From NCBI GenBank assembly GCA_965219445.1, contig CBDCNQ010000004.1, forward strand, positions 352,001 to 416,000: a stretch of DNA of 64,000 nt, written 5' to 3'. The notes beneath the pieces are model-generated. The model did no database searches. It saw only the letters and a program-made list of their open reading frames with translations, and was not told the origin of the DNA. The translations under genes were made by a program, and so were the position numbers. This DNA comes from Longimicrobiales bacterium. GTDB taxonomy: Bacteria; Gemmatimonadota; Gemmatimonadetes; Longimicrobiales; Gaopeijiaceae. Of this stretch, positions 28,487-38,356 are shown in pieces. Numbering within the stretch: the stretch's first letter is position 1; every line of letters starts with the position of its first letter.

Positions 28487-28858
28487 TCAGTTGCCCCCGT
28501 CCGGGGGATGCGTCTCCATCCACTCGCGGGACAGCCGTTCGGCCTCGGCGATTTGTTCGCGAGTCATCCATTGCTGGATGATGTCCCTGTTGCCCTGTGC
28601 AGTCCTGTTTCCTTGGGTAGCCGAGAGATTAAACCTCATATAGGCGAAAACATCGTCTTCCGGCACACCATCACGATTGCCATACATGGTTCCAAGGTTC
28701 AGCTGGGCACCAGCATACCCCTGCTCGGCGGCCAGTCGATACCACCGTACCGCTTCCGCATCGTCCTCGGGGATATCCCCCTCAATGCCGTACTTCAATC
28801 CGAGCGAAAACTGCGCTTCAGCATGCCCCTGCCCGGCGCAACGAAGCAGATCATCCAA
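28487..28858 (-). CDS. Sel1-like repeat protein (N-terminus possibly decayed)
   Basis: AEAQFSLG, AVRWYRLAAEQGYAGAQLNLG, MTREQIAEA. Confidence 0.8.
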   Translation of the reverse strand: MDDLLRCAGQGHAEAQFSLGLKYGIEGDIPEDDAEAVRWYRLAAEQGYAGAQLNLGTMYGNRDGVPEDDVFAYMRFNLSATQGNRTAQGNRDIIQQWMTREQIAEAERLSREWMETHPPDGGN

Positions 28859-29117
28859 CGGTCGGGGCTCAGTCGGTTTGCGAGAGCTGGTGAAGCTAAG
28901 CCCTCACTCCTTACCCTGCGCCGTTCCCTCGGGTGTGGTTCGCCTGGGCACGATCAACGCCGGACAGGCAGCCCCTCACATCATAGCAAATTCTAGCGAT
29001 AGAATACGTACAACGAGAGCCGTCACGGGTATGGAGTTAAAGTGCTCCGAGCCCGACACCCTCGAAGACAAAGTGCGAGCTCTTGAAGCTCTTCCGCCGT
29101 CTTCACAGGAGAGGACC

Positions 29118-29500
29118 ATGAAGGACTGTTCGATTCAACTGACGCATCACCCCGGCGATCTCGCCCGGGTGGCGCAGGCACTCGCGCGACGCGGTGCCAA
29201 CATCAAGGCACTCGCGGTGGTCAGTCTCGGCGGCCACGCAGTCGCGCGCATCATCCCGACAACATCGAAATAGCACGCCGAGCATTCCAGGCAGAGAACA
29301 TCCATTTCGAGGAAAGCGAAGTGCACACCGTGCTACTCGAGAACAGGCCGGGCGAGCTCGCTGCCGTCACGAACGAGCTCGGGGATGCGGGGATCAACCT
29401 CGAGGCGCTCTACATCACCGGGATCGCGGACGACCTCGTCGAGATCGCCATCGTCTGCGACACCCCCAAAAAGGCCAAGAAGCTGCTGGAGGAGTTCTGA
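29118..29500 (+). pseudogene. tandem ACT-domain protein, 1-bp frameshift
   Basis: HHPGDLARVAQALARRGANI, then after a shift near 29255-29258 ENRPGELAAVTNELGDAGINL...stop at 29500. Confidence 0.85.
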
Positions 29501-29528
29501 GCCAAGGGACCCAGGCGCACGAGCTCCG

Positions 29529-29960
29529 TTATGTCCCGGCCTGGATGTAATGTCTGAGCTGCTGGTTCTCGTCCTCTGCAATACTCCGGAAGGCGTTCAC
29601 GACATCACCGATTGTGACGATTCCGGCTAGCCCTCCGTCCGCGACGACGGGCAGGTGTCGAACCCGGTTTTCCGTCATGACCTCCATGGCGTGAGCCAAA
29701 TCGTCGTCGGGCGCCAACTGGATGACGTCGCGCGTCATCACCTGGCCAACTTCGAGGGTCTGGAGCTTGTCCGGATTCTTCGCTGCGAGACGGAGGATGT
29801 CACGTTCCGTGAGAATCCCGATGACCTCTCCGCCTTCCACCACCACCACACCACCGATGTTGTGGTCCACGAGCGCGCGAGCGGCCTCTAAGACGGTCTC
29901 GCTGGTGGACGCGGTTACGACGTTGGCTCCTTTGTGTCGGAGGATATCCTTGATCTTCAT
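29529..29960 (-). CDS. CBS-domain protein
   Basis: GILTERD, VMT, RVRHLPVV, GIVTIGD. Confidence 0.92.
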   Translation of the reverse strand: MKIKDILRHKGANVVTASTSETVLEAARALVDHNIGGVVVVEGGEVIGILTERDILRLAAKNPDKLQTLEVGQVMTRDVIQLAPDDDLAHAMEVMTENRVRHLPVVADGGLAGIVTIGDVVNAFRSIAEDENQQLRHYIQAGT

Positions 29961-30014
29961 CCCTACCTCCTGCGGACGGGTGGAATCCCCTCCCAATCTC
30001 GTGTTCTACTGCTC

Positions 30015-30036
30015 ATTTGTCCAAAAAGTTGTCCAA
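30015..30036 (+). repeat. tandem TGTCCAA motif (candidate integrase arm site)
   Basis: ATTTGTCCAAA-N4-TGTCCAA, repeated at 33414-33435. Confidence 0.55.
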
Positions 30037-30324
30037 ATTAGGCCTTTTGCGTATCACTGCCAACCATTGCTTTTCCCTTTAAGTATGCGGGCATGGGGCC
30101 TGATCGGCTCCTGCGCACACTCTACCCAATTGCCAGGTTTTGTATCCTTTTACAACCGGATATGTCTCAGAATATGTCCAAGCAGACCCGGACCTCGACG
30201 GTCTAGCAACGGTGGGGTTTACGAGAAGACGGCCACCTTCCGAACGATGGGGGTGGCCGCTACTGCGGAGTTCGACTCTGGTCGCTGTCAGCATCGGCAG
30301 CCGGGAGTACGTTAGATTACCGTC

Positions 30325-31395
30325 ATGGACTTGACGCCTGATGAGCAACCCGTGGTCCGTCGTGCTGTGGCCGCGTACCTGGAGATGAAGAAGAAGGAGC
30401 ACAAGGGGGCTTTCGGAGGCACGACTGCCAACGAGATTCTCGAAGAATTGGAGCCGTCTCCAGTCCGTTGGAATGAACTCGCCTCGTTCGTGATCGAAAG
30501 GGCAGAAAAACCACGAAAATATCTAGCGAGCAGTCTATGTGTGACCGCTATGCAGGAGCACTTCTCTCAGATCGCGGGCGAGTACCGCGCCGCCAGGGCC
30601 ACCGACGTCGAACCGATACTGGTTATCATCGATCAGCTAGGTTCGACGCGCAACATCGTCGCTGCTGACGTCGGATGCGGCGCGGGCCGGTACGACGAAC
30701 TTCTGTTCCGCTTTCTGGGAGAGCAGCTGTTCCTGCACTGCACGGACGTCAACGCCGAGATGCTTGGTGAGCTGGACACCTATCTCACGGACCTCGGCAT
30801 CAAGGACTTCGAGACACACCAGGCCTTTGCCCACGACCTCCCGTTCGCCACGGGCAGCCTGGATTGCATCTTTACTTTCAACGCCTGTCACCACTTCGAT
30901 CTCTCGGATTTCGTGACGGAGGCGCACCGAGCCCTGAAGCCCGACGGCAGGCTGTTCCTGTACACACGGACCCGCACGCAGAACGCTCAGAGTGTCTGGG
31001 GTGTGCACTTTCCGTCGTTCTCTGAAAAGGAAACGCGACTGTACACAGACGACCAAGTAGGCGTCGTCGTCTCTAGGACGAGAGGGATGGAGCTGACGAA
31101 CCTCAGAACCTTCTGGTACTACCGCGAGCAAAGCCTGGACCACTTGGTCGATCTGGCGCGCACGGGTCATTACTCCACTTTCGACCTGTACGGTGACGCC
31201 GAGTTTGAGATCGCGCTGGACCGATTCGCCCGCAATGTGGAAGCCGGTTACGACGACCTAGATAAAGTCACGTGGCGCGACGAGAACACCATGTACGTGA
31301 TTACCCGGACGGGCTGGCCCTTTCTGACACGAGGCGGGGCCGCCCAATCACTCGAACCCGCGAGACCTCGGACGCGTGGAGACCTACGAACGTGA
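30325..31395 (+). CDS. class I SAM-dependent methyltransferase
   Basis: ADVGCGAG, DVN, LPF..GSLD, HHFD, LKPDG. Confidence 0.85.
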   Translation: MDLTPDEQPVVRRAVAAYLEMKKKEHKGAFGGTTANEILEELEPSPVRWNELASFVIERAEKPRKYLASSLCVTAMQEHFSQIAGEYRAARATDVEPILVIIDQLGSTRNIVAADVGCGAGRYDELLFRFLGEQLFLHCTDVNAEMLGELDTYLTDLGIKDFETHQAFAHDLPFATGSLDCIFTFNACHHFDLSDFVTEAHRALKPDGRLFLYTRTRTQNAQSVWGVHFPSFSEKETRLYTDDQVGVVVSRTRGMELTNLRTFWYYREQSLDHLVDLARTGHYSTFDLYGDAEFEIALDRFARNVEAGYDDLDKVTWRDENTMYVITRTGWPFLTRGGAAQSLEPARPRTRGDLRT

Positions 31396-32180
31396 AACTC
31401 AGAGGCTATTTGGCCTTATCCCTCGCCGCCGTCTTTCTGCTGGCTGGCGACCCGGTTCAGCGCTTTGTCATCTGCCCTGCGACGCGCATGTTTCCTTCGG
31501 TCGGACCACACATACTGGGAGCATGGCAGCGCTTTCTCGCGCGCGTAGTGTTTTTCATCCTAGGCTGGATCGGCGGCGCGGCTCTGCCGGCGGCTCCCCG
31601 CATCCCGGGAGAGGCTGGGGTCCTCGTTCTCATGAACCACCAGTCTTTCCTAGACATTCCCCTGATCATTGCGTCCCTGGACGGCTTCTATCCCAGGATC
31701 GTCACCCGCAGTAGGTATGCCAGGTGGATTCCCCTCATCTCCCACACTCTCAGGAAATTCGCGTACCCGTTGGTGGATTCCGGGGCGAAGGCAGGCACGG
31801 GGAGGCGAAACCTAGACGACCTAGCTGAAGTGGCACGCACCAGTGCCGTCCCGCTGGCACTGTTTCCGGAGGGCAGACGCACCAGGGACGGCAAGATCGG
31901 TCGCTTCAGGACCGCAGGCCTGGAGAGGATTCTGGGGGCGCGGGATTGGAGCGTATACGTTCTCGTCTGTGACGGCTACTGGAAGCACGCCAGGTTCGGA
32001 CAATTCCTGGGGGAGATCAGTGGCATCGAAGGTCGTGTGAGTCTGCGCGGTCCTTTCCGGTGGAGGGACCCCGAGGACCCCGATTCCGACCCGGGCGCGT
32101 TCATCGCACACATGCACGAGGTCATGGTTGAAGAGTTGGCACGGGTGCGGGGGGCGGCCCCCGCGATTGCACTCCTCTAG
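31392..32180 (+). CDS. lysophospholipid acyltransferase (PlsC family)
   Basis: NHQSFLD, FPEG.R; GTG start overlaps the upstream TGA. Confidence 0.85.
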   Translation: MKLRGYLALSLAAVFLLAGDPVQRFVICPATRMFPSVGPHILGAWQRFLARVVFFILGWIGGAALPAAPRIPGEAGVLVLMNHQSFLDIPLIIASLDGFYPRIVTRSRYARWIPLISHTLRKFAYPLVDSGAKAGTGRRNLDDLAEVARTSAVPLALFPEGRRTRDGKIGRFRTAGLERILGARDWSVYVLVCDGYWKHARFGQFLGEISGIEGRVSLRGPFRWRDPEDPDSDPGAFIAHMHEVMVEELARVRGAAPAIALL

Positions 32181-32314
32181 CCCCTCCAGCGCCCCTCATC
32201 AGGTTATCCCCGTCCGTCAAAGGGCTTTTGTTTTCCCTAGGGCACGTGAAGTATTGGCACGGGCGTCAGGAGAGGATGACGCAATTTTCTACCTTCGTGA
32301 TCAAAGGATCTGAA

Positions 32315-32959
32315 ATGACCCAACACAAATTGGCATTTTCCTTCCCATGGATCGCGGCGCTGTTGATCGCGACCCCGGCCGTGGGGCAGTTGCTCAACCA
32401 CCCCGTCCAAGCACTGCCGGTGGGTGATGCCGCTGGAACAACCCACTTTTTTGGGGCGCAGTGGGCCCGCGGACTCAATGATGACTCCGGAAAGGACAAC
32501 TCGTTCGCAGCAGGAGTCGGAAGAGCAATGGAGAGGGTTTCCTTCATGGCAATGGGCGGCTACGTGGCGAGCGACCTCGACGAGTTGACGCTCGGTGCTA
32601 ACGTGGCCGTTCACCTGCTCAGTGGCGACGGTACGCCCGTTCAGGTGAGTGTTCAGGGTGGCTTCGGTTGGGTGAAGTTCGATGACCCCGAAACGGTCAC
32701 GAGCTTCCCGATCGGCGTAGCGCTCCAGGGCCGCCCCAGTGGCAATGCCACTACAATAACGCCCTGGGTGATGCCCCGTCTCGACATACAACACTCCTCT
32801 CAGTTCAGCAGCACCGAAACGAACTTCGGCGCGGCGGCTGGTCTTTCGGTCAACAGCGAGGGCGGGGCCGGCGCTCACTTGGCGATCGATTGGGTGCACA
32901 CTGACTTTTTCGACCCCATCAGGTTCGCCATCGGCGTGCACCGCATGGTGGGTAACTGA
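32315..32959 (+). CDS. putative outer-membrane beta-barrel protein
   Basis: Signal peptide and amphipathic strands. Confidence 0.6.
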   Translation: MTQHKLAFSFPWIAALLIATPAVGQLLNHPVQALPVGDAAGTTHFFGAQWARGLNDDSGKDNSFAAGVGRAMERVSFMAMGGYVASDLDELTLGANVAVHLLSGDGTPVQVSVQGGFGWVKFDDPETVTSFPIGVALQGRPSGNATTITPWVMPRLDIQHSSQFSSTETNFGAAAGLSVNSEGGAGAHLAIDWVHTDFFDPIRFAIGVHRMVGN

Positions 32960-33055
32960 CCGTAACAAGGCTGCGTATTAGGCCCGCGTCTATGGTGTAG
33001 GGCAAACGCTGGTTAGGTGGCGTTCACCAACGTACGAACCAACAGCACGGGTCCA

Positions 33056-33385
33056 CTAGCGCCCTCGGAAAATCTCCAGTTCCTCGGCCGACGCGGTAAA
33101 CGTGTAGAACCCGTTCGTGACACGGACCGACTCTAGACCCATTTGCTCTACGAGACTGCCGTAAAACTGAACGTCAGAGGTGCTTGGGACTGGAACTCCC
33201 AGGGCCAGTAGGTCCCCATTCTTCTGCACCGTGTGGTTGTGGATCGCATACCAGTAGCTCCACCCATCTGCGAGAAGGCCATTCACGACCTCGAACCCGT
33301 AGACCTCTCTGGGCGGAAACATCTCCGACCCGGCTCCGAAGGCGACCAGTAGGTCTGGTCCGGTCTCAGTCTCGCGCCGAAGCAC
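33056..33385 (-). pseudogene. C-terminal fragment of an unknown protein
   Basis: Protein-like sequence (IHNH..., PSTSD) without a convincing start, immediately next to the tRNA-proximal repeat. Confidence 0.4.
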
Positions 33386-33413
33386 GGAGGCGAGAAACTC
33401 GGTCGGCTCGTCA

Positions 33414-33435
33414 ATTTGTCCAAACTCATGTCCAA
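33414..33435 (+). repeat. tandem TGTCCAA motif (candidate integrase arm site) beside the tRNA 3' end
   Basis: ATTTGTCCAAACTCATGTCCAA. Confidence 0.55.
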
Positions 33436-33475
33436 CTCAGGAGCGGGCGATGTGGAAAACCGCTCAAAACCCTTA

Positions 33476-33559
33476 TGCCGGGAGGGGGACTCGAACCCCC
33501 AAGGGCCGAAGCCCGCCGGATTTTGAGTCCGGTGCGTCTACCAATTCCACCATCCCGGC
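33476..33559 (-). tRNA. tRNA-Leu(CAA)
   Basis: GCCGGGA acceptor stem, TGGTAGACG D-loop, CCGGA-CTCAAAA-TCCGG anticodon arm, long variable arm, GGTTCGAGTCC; CCA not encoded. Confidence 0.96.
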
Positions 33560-33787
33560 GAATGACGAATAACGTCATTAGCGGCCTAGAACCTAACGTT
33601 TACAGTTTATACCCAAAAGTACCGTAGGCCCCATAAGGGGATGAAGGGAAGCCTGTCTCCACTGGTGCGACCCGGCACAAGACCCTAGTGTGCCAAACCA
33701 CGTGACCATCTTGGCCGCACAAGCTGGCGTAGGTGCTGAAGGCGAGGTCGAGGTGCCGCAGTTCATCAAAGCGATGATAGGATAGTA

Positions 33788-34396
33788 GTGATGCAACGCA
33801 TGCTCAGCCGGGTCCTCTGCACTGTCATCTTGTCGCTTCACATTGTCGCAGGGTCTGCGGCAGCTCAGACCGACTGGCCAACTCCACCGGACAACTGGTG
33901 GGCGGATCTCGACGACGGGGGATATCCGTCCGTGACTTTCGAGGTCAATATGGGGATGGTCATGACGATCACCCAGTCGATCGAGTCCATCGCGGGAACG
34001 CAGATCACGCTGTCGACGGCCGTATCGATGATGGGAAATGCGATACCTGGCCAGAGTCAGGTGATCGACGCGACGACCCTGACGCCCGAAGGCGGCATCG
34101 CGATGATGCAGGGGTTCGGGGGCCCTCCGTCCGCTAACCAGCCGACCCCCGAAGAGGCTCTGGCGGCTATGAACGCGTCGGTCGAGCGCATCGAAGACAC
34201 GACCTGTCAGGTCGGCGACCTAGAGCTCCAGTGCACGCTTTACGAGGTCGCTCTTGAGGGAATGACGAGCCGGATATGGCATGCGCCCGCAATCCCGCCG
34301 GTGTTCATGGGAGGTATCGTCAGGTCCGAGGCGAGTATGGCCGGTCAGTCGTTTGAAACGACCATGACGTCCTATTCCGGAACGCTCATGGAATAG
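33788..34396 (+). CDS. hypothetical secreted protein
   Basis: Signal peptide ending AAA-Q; coding-like composition. Confidence 0.7.
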   Translation: MMQRMLSRVLCTVILSLHIVAGSAAAQTDWPTPPDNWWADLDDGGYPSVTFEVNMGMVMTITQSIESIAGTQITLSTAVSMMGNAIPGQSQVIDATTLTPEGGIAMMQGFGGPPSANQPTPEEALAAMNASVERIEDTTCQVGDLELQCTLYEVALEGMTSRIWHAPAIPPVFMGGIVRSEASMAGQSFETTMTSYSGTLME

Positions 34397-34423
34397 AAAC
34401 CAGGAGTCCAGTCCGAGTTGAAG

Positions 34424-34783
34424 CTACCCCACCACCACCCGCCGTACCGTCTCACTCGAGAACCACAGCGGCGGCTCCCCTGGCCTGTCCGTTTCCACCT
34501 CGAACTCCTCACGCTCCCGCATCATCCGTCGGAACCAGCCGTGCGCATCATCGGCCGTGCGGATGCCGTAGGAGGGTGACAGACTGAACGTCACGTCGAT
34601 GGGCTCGAGGGGCCCGTCGGGATACTCGCAGCTGACCGTGAGGCGGGGACTGCGCACAGGCCGAGGCGGAGGAGAGATCAAGCCGTCGTTAGGGTCCCAT
34701 GAGTACGTGCTCCCGCGGGGTCCTACTCGTCCAATAGCATGTTGCGCCGCGCTAGGCAGCCAACGTCGTTGCTGTCGGCTCAT
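34424..34783 (-). CDS. hypothetical protein
   Basis: GGAGGG RBS before ATG; no family recognised. Confidence 0.5.
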   Translation of the reverse strand: MSRQQRRWLPSAAQHAIGRVGPRGSTYSWDPNDGLISPPPRPVRSPRLTVSCEYPDGPLEPIDVTFSLSPSYGIRTADDAHGWFRRMMREREEFEVETDRPGEPPLWFSSETVRRVVVG

Positions 34784-35028
34784 GGGTCCCTCCTTCGGTT
34801 AGCTGGCAGCTGCAAGTGGCGGGACCTAACGCAAGAAACGAACCCTCACCGAAATCCAGCGAAATGCGTTGAAACTCGGGGTCAAACCCGTAGGAAACAG
34901 GCGACGAGGTGTGGCAGCGGCGCCCCACCCCACTTACGATCAGCCGCTCAAGGCTCCGCTGCGTGCCAGCACTAGTCCGCTGCACACTAGCACTACATAT
35001 ATTCCCAGGTCACTGACGACACCTCACC

Positions 35029-35529
35029 ATGCTGGAGACCTCCATGCTCAACCACGTGACGTATCTCTACGGATTCAACCTCGGCTTCGCTGAAAGGCTC
35101 GTGAAGGACCTGTCGACCGAGCAGATGGCGGCACAGCCTGGCGGCGTGATCAATCATCCGGCCTGGTCGCTCGGCCATCTCGTAGTCTCGGCCGACCACC
35201 TCGGCCAGCTATTGGGACTCGACTCGAATCTGCCGGAGGGCTGGAGCGAGATCTTCCAGACCGGTGGGGAGCCACCCGGCGACGCGTCGGCCTATCCGAG
35301 CAAGGAAGAGCTCCTCGGAGCGCTCAAGAAGCAGCACGCCAGGAACGCCGAAGCAGTGAAGAACATCGATGCCTCACGGTTCGCCGAGCCTCACCCGAAC
35401 GAAGGATCACGGAAGTACTTCCCCACGGTCGGGGACATGGTCGTCTTCATGATGACGTCGCACGAGATGGACCATCTGGGACAGGTCGCCGCGTGGCGTC
35501 GCGCGATGGGTCTCGGTGCGGCGACGTGA
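35029..35529 (+). CDS. DinB-family protein
   Basis: WSLGHL and HEMDHLGQ metal-binding His motifs. Confidence 0.88.
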   Translation: MLETSMLNHVTYLYGFNLGFAERLVKDLSTEQMAAQPGGVINHPAWSLGHLVVSADHLGQLLGLDSNLPEGWSEIFQTGGEPPGDASAYPSKEELLGALKKQHARNAEAVKNIDASRFAEPHPNEGSRKYFPTVGDMVVFMMTSHEMDHLGQVAAWRRAMGLGAAT

Positions 35530-35551
35530 GTCAGGGACTGACCGCGCGCCC

Positions 35552-37129
35552 CTACCTGCCGACGTACTGGACCAGGTCGAACTCGGCGATAGAGACCACG
35601 TAGTCGATCATGGCCCGCAGCTCCGCGAGCCGGGCCGAGGTCAGCGCATCCTGGGCCAGGGCAACCTCGTAGTTCGTCGACGCCCCTACGTTGAACCTCG
35701 TCACCTCTACCTCTGCGGCACGCTCGAAGACCTCGCGGCTGCGTTGCGCGGCCTGAAGCAGAAGGAAGTTGTCGTTCACCGCCAGGCCGGCGTTGGTCAC
35801 GTCGGTAACGATGGCCAGCTCCTGGTTCCTCAGCGCCAGGTCCGTCTGCTCCAACTGAAGCTCGGCCCGCTGCAAGTTCGCCTTGGCGCCGTTATTTCCG
35901 ATGGGGTAGGAGAAGTTCAGGGTGAGGCTCCAGGTGGGGGCGTCCCGATCCCAGATGGAACCGAGCCCATCCAGATACCCGCCTGGCTGCACCAGCACCG
36001 CATCACCACCCAAGCCCGACCGATTGAAACGGTCCCCACCCACTCCCAGGACCGAATAGGCGGCCGTCAGGTTCAGGTCCGGGCGCGTGTTGTTTCTCGT
36101 CACCGCCAGGTCCAGCTCCGAGATCTGCCGCTGCTGCCGCGTCTGTATGAGGTCGGCGCGCTGCTCCAGCGCGATAGCGACTGCCGCATCGATATCGACG
36201 ACTTGCTGCACGAGGACGGGAAGGCCGGTGGGAATCAGCGTCTGGGTCAGGAGCGGGTCGTCGGCACCGCTCATCAGAAGCTGTTTCAAAACGAGCTCCT
36301 GGTTTCGCCACAGGATCTCCGCATTGAGGAGGGATTGTTCGGCACTGGCCACCTGGGCTTCCGCCTGGATCACCTGGAGGTCGGACAGCGTGCCGAGCTG
36401 GACCCGGATCGCGTTTTGCGCGAGCAATTCCTGGGCTTGGGCCAGGTTGCGGCGCTGAATCTCGATCTGCTCGATGGCCGCCCGCAGACCCCAGTACGCC
36501 ACCCTAATTCGGTTGGTGATGATCGCGATCTGGCGGGTCAACTGAATGTCGGAGATTTGGCCTTCGATCACCTGCGTCTCCAACGCCGTGCGCTGGTTGT
36601 CGGTCGAGAATCCCGCCAGCAGGGGTTGGGTGTAGTTTAAGCTGACGGTGGAGCGGTAGCTTGGATTGAGGGTCGAGAACGCGTTGTTCGTCTCTGTACG
36701 ACTATTGTTGAAATCGGTGCTCAGTCGGCCTCCATACCAAGGCAACGTCTTGGAAAGGGAGACGTTGTAGGTCTGACGTTGAGTAGAGGTCTGGGCGCCC
36801 CCGTCGAGCTGGCTCGTGGATTGGTTGGTGCTGTTGTTGTATCCGTACGTGCTGCTCAGTGTGGGGCTGAACGCGGCCTCCGCGGCCCGCAGAGCGTATT
36901 GCTGGATCTGAGGGCTGAGCCGCGCGGTCTGTATGTCCAGATTCGTTTCGAGGGCTCGTGTGATGGCGTCCTCGAGCGTGATGTCGACCAGCGTCCTACC
37001 CGGGTCGAGGGGGGGCAGGGCAGTGCCGACCTCGTACGGGTCCAACCCTTCCTGGCCCGACAAGCCCATGGGGATGACGAGCGCCAGGCCCACCAACCAC
37101 GCGGCGCAAAGATTGCTCTTCCCAGTCAT
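35552..37129 (-). CDS. TolC-family outer-membrane efflux protein
   Basis: ITLEDAITRALETN, YTQPLL, AYW.L, two OEP repeats. Confidence 0.9.
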   Translation of the reverse strand: MTGKSNLCAAWLVGLALVIPMGLSGQEGLDPYEVGTALPPLDPGRTLVDITLEDAITRALETNLDIQTARLSPQIQQYALRAAEAAFSPTLSSTYGYNNSTNQSTSQLDGGAQTSTQRQTYNVSLSKTLPWYGGRLSTDFNNSRTETNNAFSTLNPSYRSTVSLNYTQPLLAGFSTDNQRTALETQVIEGQISDIQLTRQIAIITNRIRVAYWGLRAAIEQIEIQRRNLAQAQELLAQNAIRVQLGTLSDLQVIQAEAQVASAEQSLLNAEILWRNQELVLKQLLMSGADDPLLTQTLIPTGLPVLVQQVVDIDAAVAIALEQRADLIQTRQQRQISELDLAVTRNNTRPDLNLTAAYSVLGVGGDRFNRSGLGGDAVLVQPGGYLDGLGSIWDRDAPTWSLTLNFSYPIGNNGAKANLQRAELQLEQTDLALRNQELAIVTDVTNAGLAVNDNFLLLQAAQRSREVFERAAEVEVTRFNVGASTNYEVALAQDALTSARLAELRAMIDYVVSIAEFDLVQYVGR

Positions 37130-37329
37130 GGTGAATCCTCTTCTACGTTGATGGCAATGGATCTGATTCCACGCATCGCGAGATGGCGACTCTCACAATG
37201 TGGACACCGGCGACGCCCGGAATGTTAGGAGGAAATATCGTCAGAGGGCCTGCCCCGCCGTCTTCACGGCGGGGTGAAAGGCCGCTCTCTTGGGGCTTAC
37301 CTGGAAGGAGTCCTGGAGGGTGTGTCCCG

Positions 37330-37752
37330 TTAGCGGGCCGTGAGCGTCGTCACTTCGATGACGCCACCCATAAAGCCGGTGCCGTACCTGGTGGTAGCGT
37401 CGGCGGGTGACAGGTACCGCATGCTCTGGACGTTCTCACTACTCATTACACTGAGCTCACGGAGCTCGCCACGGACGATTGAATCGACCACGACTCTCGC
37501 ATAAAAAGATCCGGGGTTATTAAAGGTGGGGCTTCGCCGGGGTTGTAACCAGCGCCGGCGAAGGTCCTCGACCGCGACCAAGACGGTCCGGCCCTGGAAT
37601 TCTACGAGCTCGGCTCGGACGATCAGGTTCGCGTTCCCCCGGGCGGGACTCGTTGCCGTTTGGCCCCCCTCACCGAAGGAGGTGCCGGAAGACGAAGCAC
37701 AGGCGGACACGACGAGCGCCAAGACGAGTAACGTGTAGCTACGGAAAGACAT
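37330..37752 (-). CDS. lipoprotein with plug-like domain
   Basis: Lipobox VSAC; SPADATTRYG...GGVIEVTT. Confidence 0.75.
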   Translation of the reverse strand: MSFRSYTLLVLALVVSACASSSGTSFGEGGQTATSPARGNANLIVRAELVEFQGRTVLVAVEDLRRRWLQPRRSPTFNNPGSFYARVVVDSIVRGELRELSVMSSENVQSMRYLSPADATTRYGTGFMGGVIEVTTLTAR

Positions 37753-37929
37753 GTGCCCCCCCCTCTCTCGGGTGTGGCTTCCAATTCGTACTTATAACCG
37801 GGCTCGACTCCGGCCTTGTCAAGTACCGGCAGTGTCCGACTCCGTGGAGAACCGGTAGAATCGAGACCGTCCTCCCCGGCTCTGCGGCGGGGCTGACCGA
37901 CGATTCCGTTTGATCTAGAAGGAAGAACT

Positions 37930-38316
37930 GTGCTCAAACAAGATTGGCCACCAGAAAGGGTGGCGAAGTTCCGGCAAGCAGGTTTCGTTTACCTGCACGT
38001 GGCCATTCTCTATGAGGCAGCGGTTTACGCGATGCTCGAGGCGGGCACGCTGCCCCTGCGCTTCGGCTCGCCGTGGGCTTGGCTCGTTGCCGGAGCCGCG
38101 GTGGCGGCGTTCGTATTTGTGGGTCTTTTCCATTGGCGAAACGTCTGGGTCGCCCGGATCGTGTGGGCACTGAATGGCATGCGAACGCCGTCCCTGATCG
38201 GAGGCGCCTTCTTCGCGTCACCCGACACCATGACCCCTCCAGCGTTTTATATGACGGCTCTCGTCGTCGTGGTCATCAACCTCTGGATGCTCGCGCGCGC
38301 CGGCTGGGACCTCTGA
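37930..38316 (+). CDS. small integral membrane protein
   Basis: Three to four hydrophobic helices. Confidence 0.7.
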   Translation: MLKQDWPPERVAKFRQAGFVYLHVAILYEAAVYAMLEAGTLPLRFGSPWAWLVAGAAVAAFVFVGLFHWRNVWVARIVWALNGMRTPSLIGGAFFASPDTMTPPAFYMTALVVVVINLWMLARAGWDL

Positions 38317-38356
38317 TGCGGCGATCCTCATAATGCGGCGATCCTGATAATGCAGC
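38314..38356 (+). repeat. 17-bp tandem repeat (about 2.5 copies)
   Basis: TGATGCGGCGATCCTCA / TAATGCGGCGATCCTGA / TAATGCAGC. Confidence 0.8.

Noticed and set aside
37243..37289. GC hairpin GCCCCGCCGT-CTTC-ACGGCGGGGT resembling an IS200/IS605 end or REP
   Set aside because: Single copy with no tnpA/tnpB nearby; more simply a terminator or stability hairpin after the lipoprotein gene.
38314..38356. Possible CRISPR-like repeats
   Set aside because: Adjacent 17-bp units without spacers; no cas genes in the window.
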